NCBI GenBank assembly: GCA_964658305.1
Contig: OZ210885.1
Coordinates: forward strand, 22,072,001 to 22,136,000
Length of the DNA: 64,000 bases
From: Leptogorgia sarmentosa
Lineage: Eukaryota
Direction of reading: 5' to 3'
Below the pieces are notes generated by a model. The model did no database searches and had not been told where the DNA came from. It saw nothing but the letters and a program-made list of their open reading frames with translations. Of the stretch, positions 1 through 11,949 are shown one piece after another; within the stretch, counting starts at the first letter, position 1, and each line of letters starts with the position of its first letter. The position numbers and the translations under genes are program-made.

Positions 1-104
1 GCCCTGGGGCTTGAATGACGTGTGAGGTGATGTGTGTCCGAATACAGTGGGGGCCTGGGGTTGATTTATTGCAGCGGGTTGTTGTAAGGTGGGAGTAGGG
101 CAGT

Positions 105-383
105 CGAGGGTCAGATTAAGGATTGGATTGGGGTTATGTCGTGGCTGTCTTTAAGGGTTCGGATTTGATTGGTTAGGGTCAGATTAAGGATTGGGTTGGG
201 GTTATGTCGAGGGTGTCTTGAAGGGTTTGGATCTGATTGGTTAGGGTCAGATTAAGGATTGGGTTGGGGTTATGTTGAGGGTGTCTTGAACGGTTCGGAT
301 TTGATTGGCTAGGGTCAGATTAAGGATTGGGTTGGGGTTATGTCGAGGGTGTCCTGAAGGGTTCGGATTTTATTGGTTAGGGC
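105..383 (-). repeat. 68-bp tandem repeat (~4 copies), telomere-like GGTTAGGG motif in each unit
   Basis: GGTTAGGG at 171, 239 and 375, with the variant GGCTAGGG at 307: spacing exactly 68 bp. The unit continues TCAGATTAAGGATTGGGTTGGGGTTATG. Confidence 0.95.
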
Positions 384-804
384 CTGTGGAATATAAGTTC
401 CATCGTGTATATATTCGTGGGTTTGGAACTGTGTCCTGGTTGGTGTTCCAAGGATCGTTTTAGCCATCGAGTTGTTGATGGAATTTCTGGGGATCTTTAT
501 CAAATCCCAGGTGTTAGTTAATGGATGGGTCTTCAACCTTAGGGTCGTTTCTGTGGAGGTGTACCTGTCGCCCATTGTCTTTGTGGTGTGTAAATCCGTT
601 CCTTGGTGGCAGTGTTGGGTATGTGGTTTCCATATGATGGTTTGGGAAGTGTCGGTCAGAGGTTGGAGTTGTGACGGCTTCTGAGTATTTTGAATCTTTG
701 TTCGGTGTCTGTTTATTGGTGGTGTTTTTGGTGTTGGTGGGTCGTGGTGGTTTGGTATGGGGGTCATATCTTTTGATGTGGTGTGTAGTTGGTGAGTGGA
801 TGTG

Positions 805-1965
805 TTAAGTGAATTTGGTGCGGACAAAGTGTTCCTTGAGGTTTTTGTGTCTTTGATAAGCCATAACCGGTTGATTTGGCCATATCTGTGATAAAACGGG
901 ATCGTTTTCAATATATTGCCAGTGTTGTTTGAGGATGTGAGGCAATGGTGATAATTCTGGATGATATGGTATGATAAATGGTAAGGTACGTGTGTGGTTT
1001 GTGGATGGGCTGCTGGAGAGTAGTTGTGATTGTGTGTATGTTGATGCCCTGTCGATGTGAGGTAGGATATCTTTGTTTTCATAGCCTCTTCCAATGAGTG
1101 CTACTCGTAGGTTTTGAGCTTTTCGTTGAAACTCAATGTCGTCAGTGATTATCCTCCTGTATCGTAGCATTTGACTGTATATTAGACCCTTTTTACAGGT
1201 GTCCGGATGGTGTGAGGTGTTGTGTAGAAGTGGCATACGGTCGGTTGGTTTGATGTAGAGAGTGGTTTGGATTGTGTGTTGTGGTGTGATGTAGACTGTG
1301 GTGTCAAGGAAGTTTACACTTTCGGTGGAGTGTGTGACTTCAAATTTGATGGTGGAATGGAATGAATTGAGATGTTGAATAAATGATTTGAATGATTCCT
1401 CACCGTGTGTCCAAACTAGAAATATATCATCTATGAATCTCTTCCACAGGAGAGGAACAAGTTGGTTTGGTGTTGATGAAAGTATGGATTGTTCAAGTGC
1501 CCCCATGAATATGTTTGCAAAGGAGGGAGCCATTTTGGTGCCCATCGCTGTGCCGCGTTTTTGGAGGTAGAGTTTATTCTTGAATGTGAAGTAGTTTTCT
1601 TTGAGTATGTATTCGAGGAATTGGTGTATGACATTACGGAGTGGCCACGTACGTCCCTGTTTTGTGTCCAGTGTTTCAAGGACAGCTTGGATCCCTTCGT
1701 TATGAGGGATGTTGGTGTATAATGACTTGACATCAATGGTGGCGAGGATGGTGTTGGATGGTAATGGTGTGTCGATGTCGAAAATGGTTTGTAAAAAATG
1801 GTAGTGAAGCACAAAGTGGTTTGATATGGATGTCAATGAAGGGGGAAAGCCTGTCCGTTGGCAAATCACACCCTGATATGATTGGTCTTCCTGGGTTTCC
1901 AGGTTTGTGAATTTTGGGTAGGAGGTAAAATATTGGTGTACGTGTAAAATATTTGTTAAACCTAA
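805..1965 (-). CDS. Penelope-like element (PLE-1) reverse transcriptase, central and C-terminal part, one frameshift near 1800; no GIY-YIG follows
   Basis: FYLLPKIHKPGNPGRPIISGC (1733..1993 frame), then ATIDVKSLYTNI, QKRGTAMGTKMAPSFANIFM, WKRFIDDIF, NFLDT. Ends HKNLKEHFVRTKFT-stop. Confidence 0.92.
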   Translation of the reverse strand, partial: LGLTNILHVHQYFTSYPKFTNLETQEDQSYQGVICQRTGFPPSLTSISNHFVLHYHFLQTIFDIDTPLPSNTILATIDVKSLYTNIPHNEGIQAVLETLDTKQGRTWPLRNVIHQFLEYILKENYFTFKNKLYLQKRGTAMGTKMAPSFANIFMGALEQSILSSTPNQLVPLLWKRFIDDIFLVWTHGEESFKSFIQHLNSFHSTIKFEVTHSTESVNFLDTTVYITPQHTIQTTLYIKPTDRMPLLHNTSHHPDTCKKGLIYSQMLRYRRIITDDIEFQRKAQNLRVALIGRGYENKDILPHIDRASTYTQSQLLSSSPSTNHTRTLPFIIPYHPELSPLPHILKQHWQYIENDPVLSQIWPNQPVMAYQRHKNLKEHFVRTKFT

Positions 1966-2618
1966 CACCCAATATGCGAGCACGTTGTTCCAAGACCAGC
2001 TAGCAGGTTAGAAACGTGCTTTCCCAGTTATGCTTGGGGCCTGATGAAACATAACTACGAGTTTTCAACGAAAAACCAAGGGACAGGGCCCGGTGATAAT
2101 TGGCAATCACTACGGCCCAGGCATTCACACAAAACATCACTATAAACCCGGGTTTTGCCAGTACTACACACACGACAATTCGTTTTAATATAATTCCTTT
2201 TAATATAATTCCTTTTAATGTAATTCATTCTGATATAATTCACTGTACTACAACCTTCCATCTTACCATAACATTCAACCCCATCCACCATCAAACTCCA
2301 TGGTGTCACCCATAAATCCACAACCTCAATGAGGACACAGCTATTTGAACCACAGTCCAGGATCCGAATACCTGCATAAAAAACACTGTATTAATTAACA
2401 ACCGCCACAAAATGTATATGAACCCGCAGGGAAAGGGGAAGTATCAAGAGATCTCCTGGTACTACATAAATAGCTCATTTGGGTCACCATCACCACCACA
2501 CCTGTGAACAAAAATAAAAATAATAAATCACAGGCAACACCAAATCAACACCACCTTACCATTCACACACTACTCTAATTCCATCTCTAGCACACTATAT
2601 ATAAAAAAAATCCCAAAC

Positions 2619-4212
2619 ATGGCAAACCAAGATTCCCTTCTGGCCATGGATTCCGAGATGGAAGAACTGGCTGGCCTCATCCTCACCACAGACCAGGACC
2701 CAACAAGCACCCCCAACCTATCCCCAGACGTAGAAACCCCCCCCCCCTCCTATCACTCACCCCATCCCCCCCTCCGGACCACCTACATCCATTTCCCTCC
2801 GTATACGATGACCCACCCACATTCCACATCCCTCAGAGCCCCCCTCCACCTCACCAAACAACTACTACATCCCCCACAATTTTATCAACACCTCCATCCA
2901 CCACCACATCCTCACCAAACCCTATGCAAACCCACCCAATATCCCAACCCATCACCCCAATCACCACCACCACACTTCCAACCAATTCCACCACAGCAAC
3001 CATCGATTCCACCACCACCACGTTCAACCAACGCACAAAATCCCACCACACCCGCCAAACCACCATCCTCCGCAAACACAACCACACCACACCTAAAGGA
3101 CTCGCCATCGACATGCAACCCTGGGTCCAATTGTCTCCAGAGCACCAGGAGGCATGGGACAAGAGTATCGGGACTGCATGTCTCAGCTCACATCCATCGT
3201 CCACCAACATCACACCCACCAATTGGAGAGTGTAGAGCAACGAATCTCTACCCTCTCCCAAACCATCCAACACACATTCCCAAAGGAGGTGTCATCCACC
3301 ATCATGAACATCGCCACCAATAAACCACCGAAACGTAAACCACCAAAATCATCATCCGATCGACCACGTAAACGCATCAAACCTCCATCAACCACTAAGG
3401 ATTTTCGTACAAGGCCACCACGTCCTCCACATCACGAACACCCACCACCACCTCACTGCCACCACAAACCACCACACCAACCCCACCCACCACCACCAAC
3501 CACAAACCCACACTCACCATCAAACACAACACCACAACACCTGACACTGGTGCCCAACGTGACACCAGAGTCAATCCGCCAACGCCTGGTGGGGAAACAA
3601 AAACAGTTCCCCACCATATTCAACATGTTCATGAAAGGAAAGCAATAAAGTCCTTTCATGACCACACCAGGAGGAAAGCCAACACTAAAAATCGCGACAA
3701 AAAACACCATCGACAACAAATTGTGAATCACACCAACAACAACCTCATTGTCAACCTCACCAATCATGAATTAGAAACACCACTCAAATCCATGCTCTCC
3801 AAGGGCCTCAAATTCGTACCAACACCAGATAACACTCGTCTGAAAACAATTGCTAATTCATTCAAAAAATTCAGACGTTCCATGTACATACATTACCATT
3901 TCAGGAATTCGTCCAATGAACATCCACATGCATTCAAAACCACTAGCATGTGGGAACCACCTCTGCCAGACAATCCAAATTTAATTTCATACATCTGTTC
4001 TGTGGCAGAATCCATCAATCAGACCTTCAAACACAACAATCGAGACCATGTCATCTCCAATCTAAACCAAGAGGAAATTAATTTCCTTCACACATACAAT
4101 ATTCATAACCAAAAATATGTCATTAAACCAGCAGACAAAGGAGGTGCCATCGTCATATGGTCAGCAATTGACTATGAAAAGGAAGCACTCTCTCAGCTAC
4201 AAAACACTACAA
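2619..4212 (+). pseudogene. PLE-1 5' region and RT N-terminus, frameshifted and inverted relative to 805..1965
   Basis: IVNLTNHEL..LSKGLKFVPTP and YVIKPADKGGAIVIWS..DYEKEALSQL are typical of the PLE RT N-terminus. Upstream PKGL..W segment. Coding strand is A/C-rich like that of the minus-strand half. Confidence 0.85.
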
Positions 4213-7200
4213 CACTTGCTACCACCTTCACCACCACGTACACCAATATTGTACATCTTCTTCATCATCCCAGCAACTTCACCTGTTCTGCCGCTGTATT
4301 TGTGCTTGCTTTTGTTGGTTGGCAGAGGATGCGTGGAATTTTCTTTTACCTCTCTCTCGCTTTTACTTTCCTTGACTTTACTGACCTTTGCTTGTTTTTG
4401 TACCTTCTCCACTTCCAAATCTAGGCCTTCTTCCAACCGTGTGTGCCTTCTAAATTCTTCCTTTGCCTTTTGCATGGTAGTAAGTAGATCACTTATTGCC
4501 TTTGGATCATCAACAAGGAATGAAAGCGATCGTATTTCATTTAGTACTTCTCGTACTTTAGCTGCTTCACTTCTGGCTGAGTGTTTCTTTCGTGGCAGTT
4601 CTAACACATCCAAGTCACTGGTTTCTTCAGACGAATTTTCATCTACTGTCGTGGCATTGGGGGTGAAGTCTTCATCAGCGATGATGTCATCTTGGAGGAT
4701 AGGTGCATTTTCCTGTTGGCATGATGATTGGTTTTGTGTTATTTCCCAATCCAGGCAAAGTAAAGGGGAATCATTGTACTCTGATGGAAGCCCGAGCTGC
4801 TCTCCGCAGGTGACAAAGCAAGGTTTCCTTCTCCATCGAAACACCGTTGTCTTTTTTGTTCGCCCACCTTTCCCATGCTTGCTCCCGGTGAAAGTCGCAA
4901 ATGTATACATGGCAATCTGCAATTTGTTTTAATGGTATGTATTAAATAATTTGGTACAACTTTAATTTGCATCCAGATCAAAAAGCATTTTAATTTTTTT
5001 TTTGAAATAATTGTCTTGAATTTTTTATCTCATTGAAAAATGGCACCGAATCAGTTAGAACAAAATTTGTACAATTGGTTGTTAAAAATCTAAAACTGAT
5101 TACTTGGCGCCTTTTTATTTCCCGTATGGCCTTTTATTAGTTAATCAGTTCGAAACAAAACTCAAATACCCGTTTCGTCCACGAAACGATAAATTGCCAG
5201 ATTATGTGTGTCATGACGTTATTTTACGCACATTTGAATGATTTGTAATGCGTTCCAACTTTTACGTTGTGTAGATGGTGAATATTTGAAAAATTTTGAT
5301 GTATTCAAGTACCTTCAAACACATCTTCAATTGCAGTAATCTCCTCTTGGCAACAGTCGGTCATGAAAAATTTTGGCTTCCATGTTGGGTTCCACCTCTT
5401 TAGTATCCCAATTGCTTCTTTCAGTGTATCAGTGCATTCATCTTGAACAGCGAATGATGCTACAACCTGATAATCCATGTTAGTTCTCACAGCGAGAAAG
5501 AACAATGGCAAAGCATATCTCGTGGTCTTGTATGTCGCATCCAACAGGCAAATGTCGTTGCCATACCTGCGCAGCAATCGACTCTGCCAGTTCGTCTGGT
5601 GGACAAACAACATCGTTTGCCCGGACCATTTCTTGATGATCTTGACTTCCTGTTCATCATCTTCATCGTCCGTGTCCCATTCATCGTCGTCATCGCTGTC
5701 GTTGTCAAGATTCGGCTCTTCAGCATTGGCGTATGGTCGGAAGTAGATTTTGTCCTGGGGGCTTTCGCATAACCATTTATCAACCAGTTTGGACACGTTA
5801 ACTTGATCGCAATTAGAGAAGCGATTTTTAACCGTCGCACGATACATGTGGTTCATAATATCCTTCTTTGTTGGAAAGTACCTTCAGTTGTTGGAAGCTG
5901 GCAGGTTCGTTCCTTCAAACAACTCCCGTCTGACATATTGGTTTATGTGACGTCTCATCTCGTTCACAGTGGTCACACCCGCAGCAACAAGGTCGCCAAT
6001 TTTGTCGATGATTTGCGGATCAACTTTTTGCTGTATACCACTTGCCTGGATATTAAGGAAAACTCAACGTTTTCATTATACATACAATAGTAAATTCATT
6101 GGGACGAATTGATACTTTTCAGCAAGTATCCAAAAATGTGAAAGCAATGTAAAGAGACTAAAGCTATCACACTCAAATAACTTTTATTAGATAGAGAAAA
6201 TGCTAAAGATTCAAACGGGAGTACTTTTTTCGGGACACCTGGTATGATTACACATCTTTCTGATAACTCAAATGTGACAAATATACCCACCTCTCCAACA
6301 ACGTGTTTGTCATGAACAGTTGGTAGACTTATATGAAATCGTCTTTCTCCCTCGGCATTCCCTTGTTCCATTTCTTTTTTTAGCTTCTCGGAGGCTGTCC
6401 TTTTTCTTTTCGGCGTGTCGAACTCAATCTAGTACGAAATAATGAAAATTATAAGTGTAATTTTCTGCTGGCTGAGGAACGAAAGAAGCAGAAAATGTTT
6501 TCTCACACACTCCTGGGGGCCAACCCGATGTTTATGATCGGGCTGTGCGGGTTGGGGAAGCACATTTTGTTGTTGCTTCCGCCATTGCTTGACGTGTCCC
6601 ACCCGCCCACCCTAGCATGTTGTGTAGGTACGTAGTAGTTATTAAGGCGTAGTGTTTTTGTCAACCTGGTATCAGGATATTGTCGTGTTTTGCTTGTAAT
6701 CTTTGTATTATGGTTGGCCGTGTTGGCTAATAAATGTCAAGCTTGTGGCGGATGGCTGCAGCAGCTCCCAGCAGTGTGTGAGAACTTTACGCTTTTTTCC
6801 TCAACTGATTGAAGAAAACACAACAATTAGCTGGTGAAAAATCTGTCTGATAACAGAAATGTCTAAAATAAATTCACTTTATATTTAGGATATTTCAGTA
6901 TCTCGCGTACAATAATCTGAGCAGAACACCCAAGCTTTTTTGTGTTTTGAACAATGTTCCTGGATTTAAATGCATAAGCATGTTCTTTGTTCCCTTTGCT
7001 CTATTTAAAAAGTGAAAGTATATGGTAACTGTGTTGAAAATTATTGAATTTCTTTACAAAAAAAACCTGAACGGTACTGGGGCGATACTACGGTAAAGAA
7101 CATGTAACTTTTGTACCTGTCTCATTAATTTCATTTTCTTTTTCATCTTTTCTTTCCTGTCTTTTCCCTGTGCACAATCAAATATTTTCGTCCCCAAAAT

Positions 7201-7729
7201 CATGTAGGGCACGCCATCAAATTTCATACTGTTATCTGCCCACCAGATTTTATGCGAGGATGCAACGGGGTCTGAAAAGTAAAACATTTATTGCCTAGCT
7301 TGGTATTTTATTTTCCGTATTTGGTATTGTAACAGCCTGGCAGCCTGCATAACTGTATTCATGTTTATGCTGCGCAGGAGAGCAAATGATGGGAAGTTGG
7401 ACATATTCGCTACGAAACACGTGGCCAACACATACATTATGAAATTGAATGTGTCAATTCAATTCGCCCCCATAACGAGTCTTGATTTACAGTTGGCCCA
7501 AGTGAATTGACCCCTCAATGAAGTTTATGTCACATGAAACCTGAGAATTATTTAATACATTCTTACCTATCTTTCCAAAGTTCTTGTCCTTTTTCCAGCT
7601 GGAAAAGGAAGACATTGTTTGTATCTCCCAATCCCGGACTATATCAGCGATGGCATTTTCTTGTAAAACGTATCCAAATGTGTTTGAAATTTGAACATGA
7701 AATCCCTTTGCTTTATTTTGGACCGCCAT
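4213..7729 (-). mobile_element. Intron-containing MULE/Mutator-type transposase gene with a CaRF-like N-terminal domain, partial
   Basis: GT-AG-bounded exons at about 7729-7566, 7270-7117, 7000-6878, 6428-6291 and 6045-5312. FDGVPYMILGTKIFDCAQGKDR and TKKLGCSAQIIVREILKYPKY resemble CaRF. LLDATYKTTRYALPLFFLAVRTN and FMTDCCQEE are MULE DDE motifs. A probable C-terminal piece lies at 4213-4790. Confidence 0.75.
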
Positions 7730-8104
7730 ACTACACCGGCGACTGCGGCGAGTGGCTTACATATATTTTGTAATAAACCAAAGGCGAACGAATTATATTT
7801 ATATCGGCAAAGGCAACATGTTGAATATTATTTTCTAATTATTTGTTAAAAATGTCGATTTTTAGCGAACAGGAAAGAATAATCTGGTGGTATCTACTAT
7901 ATTTTAAAGCAATACAATGAATATGCCTCGAGCGACGCGCCAAATGTGCTAATACCTATTTAACTTTGCCGCGAAATTTACATAAACTTCCGCTTGAAAT
8001 ATTTATTATTGGAATCCGACCCAGTCCCCACTCCGAAATCCTAAAGGGCGGTTTGCGGGATGGAAAATAGTGCTAACCCTTTCAGCAAAAGGATTGAAAT
8101 GTCA

Positions 8105-8740
8105 GATCGTATGTTCAAGTGGGATTTCTTGCAATGCATACAATGGTATGGCAAAGACTGTCTATTCTCAATACAGACTGCAGACACCTGAATTGCCTGC
8201 TGGCTTGGTGATTGCCCATTCTTTGTGACGGAAGAATATCACATTGCAGATTGCATATACAAACATGTTAATATGGGATGAAGTATCCATGACAAGCTGC
8301 CGTATTTCTCATATTGTTAATACAATTCACACCTGGTTTCCAACAGCGATCTTCTTTTCGCTAGAATACAAGTTATCCTTGTCAGTGATGTCTTACAACT
8401 AAAACCAGTTCCAAGTGCACTCAACCCAGGAAACTCTTATTTTCTCGTAACTTTTGGATAAAGTGTTTCTGCATCGTTTCCAGTTACACAGAGTACAGCG
8501 GTAAGGTGATGGCGAAGACAGATTAAAAGACGCATTGGATTTCGTACGAGAGGGTCAATGCAATGACAAAGTAAATTTGGATTTGACCTATGTATATCAC
8601 AACACCATTCACATATATTTAAAAAACTACCCGCTGAGGTCCACAACTTAAATGTACTGGTGATGCCCGATACTTAGATAAAACCATCAGCCAATTTCTC
8701 ACCATGAAAACTAGATGCAAACTGATCTTTCTCTACAACA
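8105..8740 (+). pseudogene. Degraded PIF1-family helicase fragment
   Basis: Manual translation across frames: VCSSGISCNAYNGMAKTVYS, LIWDEVSMTS, FARIQVILVSDVLQLKPVP (motif Ia/II/III-like). Confidence 0.7.
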
Positions 8741-8959
8741 TGTACACAGGTTCCCACATGATTGCAAAAATTTCTTCATTGAAGGAATTGTTTAAATCAA
8801 CCAAAGATTTGATCTCAAACAAGAAATTCTAGATATTGTTGAGTGCACATTACCTAAGAATGCATTCAACTTGAAGCCACCATCCCTTTATCCATCTCAA
8901 TGAAATTACCATATTTAAAAGATATGGTTAATCTCAATCAGTTGGACCTTCAGTGGAGA

Positions 8960-9350
8960 CAGCACCTCTTTTGGGGATGTCTTGAATGCCACTTTATCCT
9001 GGGAAGAATACTGGATGAAAGTCAAATCTGTTAAATTACCATCTGGTGAACAGAAGTACCCTCAACTTATAACTTTCCGTGGTTTGATGGCTTCCTTCCC
9101 TTTCTCTAATGTTGTTGTAGAAAGATTGTTTAGTCTTCTTAAACAAGTCAAATGGGACTGCAGATACCGTCTTTTGTCTGAATCCTAGGTTTGTTTACTG
9201 CAAAGCAAGCTTGGAATGAAAAATGCAGATTCTTCTGCAGCATCCTTGCCTACTGGACATATGTTAGACTTGATGTCTAATATGAAGGCAAATGCTACTG
9301 CTGATGAAGTTCATAGCTTGAGAGCAGATGTTTGTGAAACCATTCACTAA
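8960..9350 (+). pseudogene. hAT-type transposase C-terminal dimerisation remnant
   Basis: YW..V....SGEQKYPQL...MASFPFSNVVVERLFSLLKQVK..R.RL, followed by an in-frame stop. Confidence 0.65.
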
Positions 9351-9613
9351 TTCAAGACTGTAATGGCATAGAGACCTTTAATACCTTCTTTACATCATTA
9401 CATGTACATGGAACACTTGCTATTTGCTAAATACTTCATACTTGTCTTATAGAAAATTAGAAATACTGCTGTATTTCATATACCATGTCATATACCATGA
9501 TAACATCTATGTTTTTCAATTTTGCATGTACTATGCTAGTATGCATTTATGCTAGTACATTCTCACTTAGGCATTCACAGGGCATAATTCTTCAGAATAT
9601 CATTGTCAATGTT

Positions 9614-9763
9614 AGAACGTTAATTGGGGGGTGCATATTCATATTTTGGCATTCTGCTGACTGATTTCTTTAGAAATTAATTCATAAACAACTGATTTCA
9701 AAAGAAATCAGTAGGCAGAACACCAAAATATATATGAATATGCACCCCCCCAATTAACGTTCT
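9614..9763. mobile_element. Palindromic MITE (~150 bp)
   Basis: AGAACGTTAATTGGGGGGTGCATATTCATAT at the left end, its reverse complement at the right end, and further inverted internal segments. Confidence 0.8.
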
Positions 9764-11084
9764 GTATTATGTATAAATATATCGTATCATGTTAAAAAGA
9801 AATTTTAAGGAAATTCAAAATTTAAGAAATTTTAAGGAAATTTCTAAAATTTTGAAAGGATATTTTGTTTAAAATAAGGAAAAAATATCAGCAAATCAGG
9901 AAATTAACGCAAAAGTGGAAACTCTGTTAATATAATAGCGTGAGTATATATGTTTTCTTTTTTTTACAAATTACTGCTTGTTTTCACCCAATCATTTTTG
10001 TTTAAAATTGCATTGTTTACCAGACAAAAAGCTTCTTGCTTGTACAAACAAAACCAGTGGGTTCTTGCATTTTATTATTTAATATATATGTCTTCAGCAA
10101 ATTTGTAGTTTCTTTTGTACATAGAAGTATAAATTGAATGTTTTGGTATGTCAAAAAAAACTTTTGATTTCCTTCCAGTTTAGGCAATGAAAAGCTGAAT
10201 TAATTTTAATAACATGCTGTTTTAAATCAGGCAAAATCTTGTAAAAGATATATTTACTTACCCAACAAAACTTCTCTTCAGTTCTTTTCACATGTTGCAT
10301 AATTTTATGACAACAAAATGATTTTTTTATGAGCGTAGGCGTATATTAATTTGCAGCGCTTTCATGCGATTTGCTTTAAATTTCCCTCAGACTATAAAGT
10401 ATATTAAAAATATACAATCCCCCCCCCCCTGTTGCTGTCTTTTTGGATTTATTTTTAAACTTTGGATAGCAAATACGATTGCATAAAATTTATCGTCATA
10501 GCCAATTGAAGTATCCCACATAGGGACAGAAAAATGCCGGCTAAATTTGCAATAAAAATTGTTGACTTTGTCTTGTTTCTCACATGTCAGAATCTTTTTT
10601 AACCATATTTGTTTGTAATAATGTAGGAAATTTATCTGTCTTCGAAGCCTTACTGTTTTTTCAGCTGTTTTGCTCGTAGTTTTTTTTTGTATTTTGTCGA
10701 AGTGTTGAGGTGTTTGATGTGACCTTGGTGATATAGTTGTCTACCTTGGTAATACGTATATATACAAATGATCACAACAGCAATCGACAGCACGTGCGAA
10801 ATAGAGGGGAATGAGGCAACTTTTCTTTTATTATGATTTGGTGATTGTAAATCAACTAGAATAGTACCTGGGCTGCCTATGACTGGATTGGAATGTATAA
10901 GCCAATTTGTTGCCAATATATGTCAAGATTTTTGAACAAGTGAATGCGATATGGTGTTTTTTAATATCTGTAAGATTACGTAGGATTTGTAATCCTAAAT
11001 TCCTAAACCAATATTTATTCTACCTTCAATTTTGAGCTGTAATATTTCAGCTGCATATATTGGGGTCATAAGAACTGGGATACC

Positions 11085-11795
11085 GTGCAAGCGACCATGA
11101 CGAGCAGACATGCTTGTTGCCGCTCCCAATTTTTTGGGCTTTTAATACTGTTGGTTATTTGGATTCTACAAAATGTCGTATACAGCGACTGCTGTAACCT
11201 TATTGTCCATTCTGGGTTGCTTAACATATCATTTCCTCAAACAGGAAAGCAATTATGGAATTCTAAGTTACTGCCATATAATCAAAATCGCATGTTTACT
11301 ACAACCAACGTCAAAAGATCAAAAGGTACCATAGTTTATTACAGGAATTCAAATTTAGAGTGATCCTGCAGCTTCTCAATGACATCGAGCTTAATCCAGG
11401 ACCTAACGATTACTTGACTAGCAATTCAAGAACAACGAAGAATAATGTAAAGATTGCACATCTTAATATACGGTCATTAAAATGCAGAGAACATTATGTG
11501 CTTACCATCCTCACTAATAAGTTCTATATATTTACAATATCAGATACATGGCTTGATAATTCTGTTACAGACGTTTAATTCGAAGTCCCTGGCTACAAAC
11601 TTTACAGAGTGGATCGAGAAAATAAAAAAAGCGGTGGTATACGTGCGTATGTATCGCAAAACTATGAAAGTGTGTTACTAAGCGAAATCTCGTACATATC
11701 TCCCACAGGACTTCATCAACTTTGGCTAAGAATTCAGATTAGGAACTTAAAATCCATTGTGGTTTGCACGGTGTATAGACCTCCTGATGTACCTG
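11085..11795 (+). mobile_element. CR1/L2-group LINE, 5' part: hydrophobic leader, 2A-like motif, APE endonuclease (decayed)
   Basis: DIELNPGP, KIAHLNIRSLK, ISDTWLD, GYKLYRVDR..KSGG, CTVYRPPD. Confidence 0.88.
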
Positions 11796-11949
11796 TCAGT
11801 CATAGTCGTCTGACAAGATATCTAAATCTGAGTTCATTGCATCGGATGGATCAGACTCATCGTCCGAGTCAGAGCAATCACCAACTTGCTGTAGCGATGA
11901 GGTAGAAGTGATGGTTGAGTACACCGCACTGGTTTACATCATCCATTGA

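Noticed and set aside
315..1094. 259-aa minus-strand ORF after the PLE-1 RT
   Set aside because: T/H/P-rich product of an A/C-biased strand with few stops; no domain motifs.
2010..2095. CTGATGA...GAAA near the PLE-1 5' junction as a hammerhead
   Set aside because: Local pairings exist (AGTTATG/CATAACT, CTTGG/CCAAG), but I could not build stems II and III plus a UH triplet.
2851..3767. V/G/W-rich antisense ORFs
   Set aside because: Shadows of the compositionally biased PLE-1 strand.
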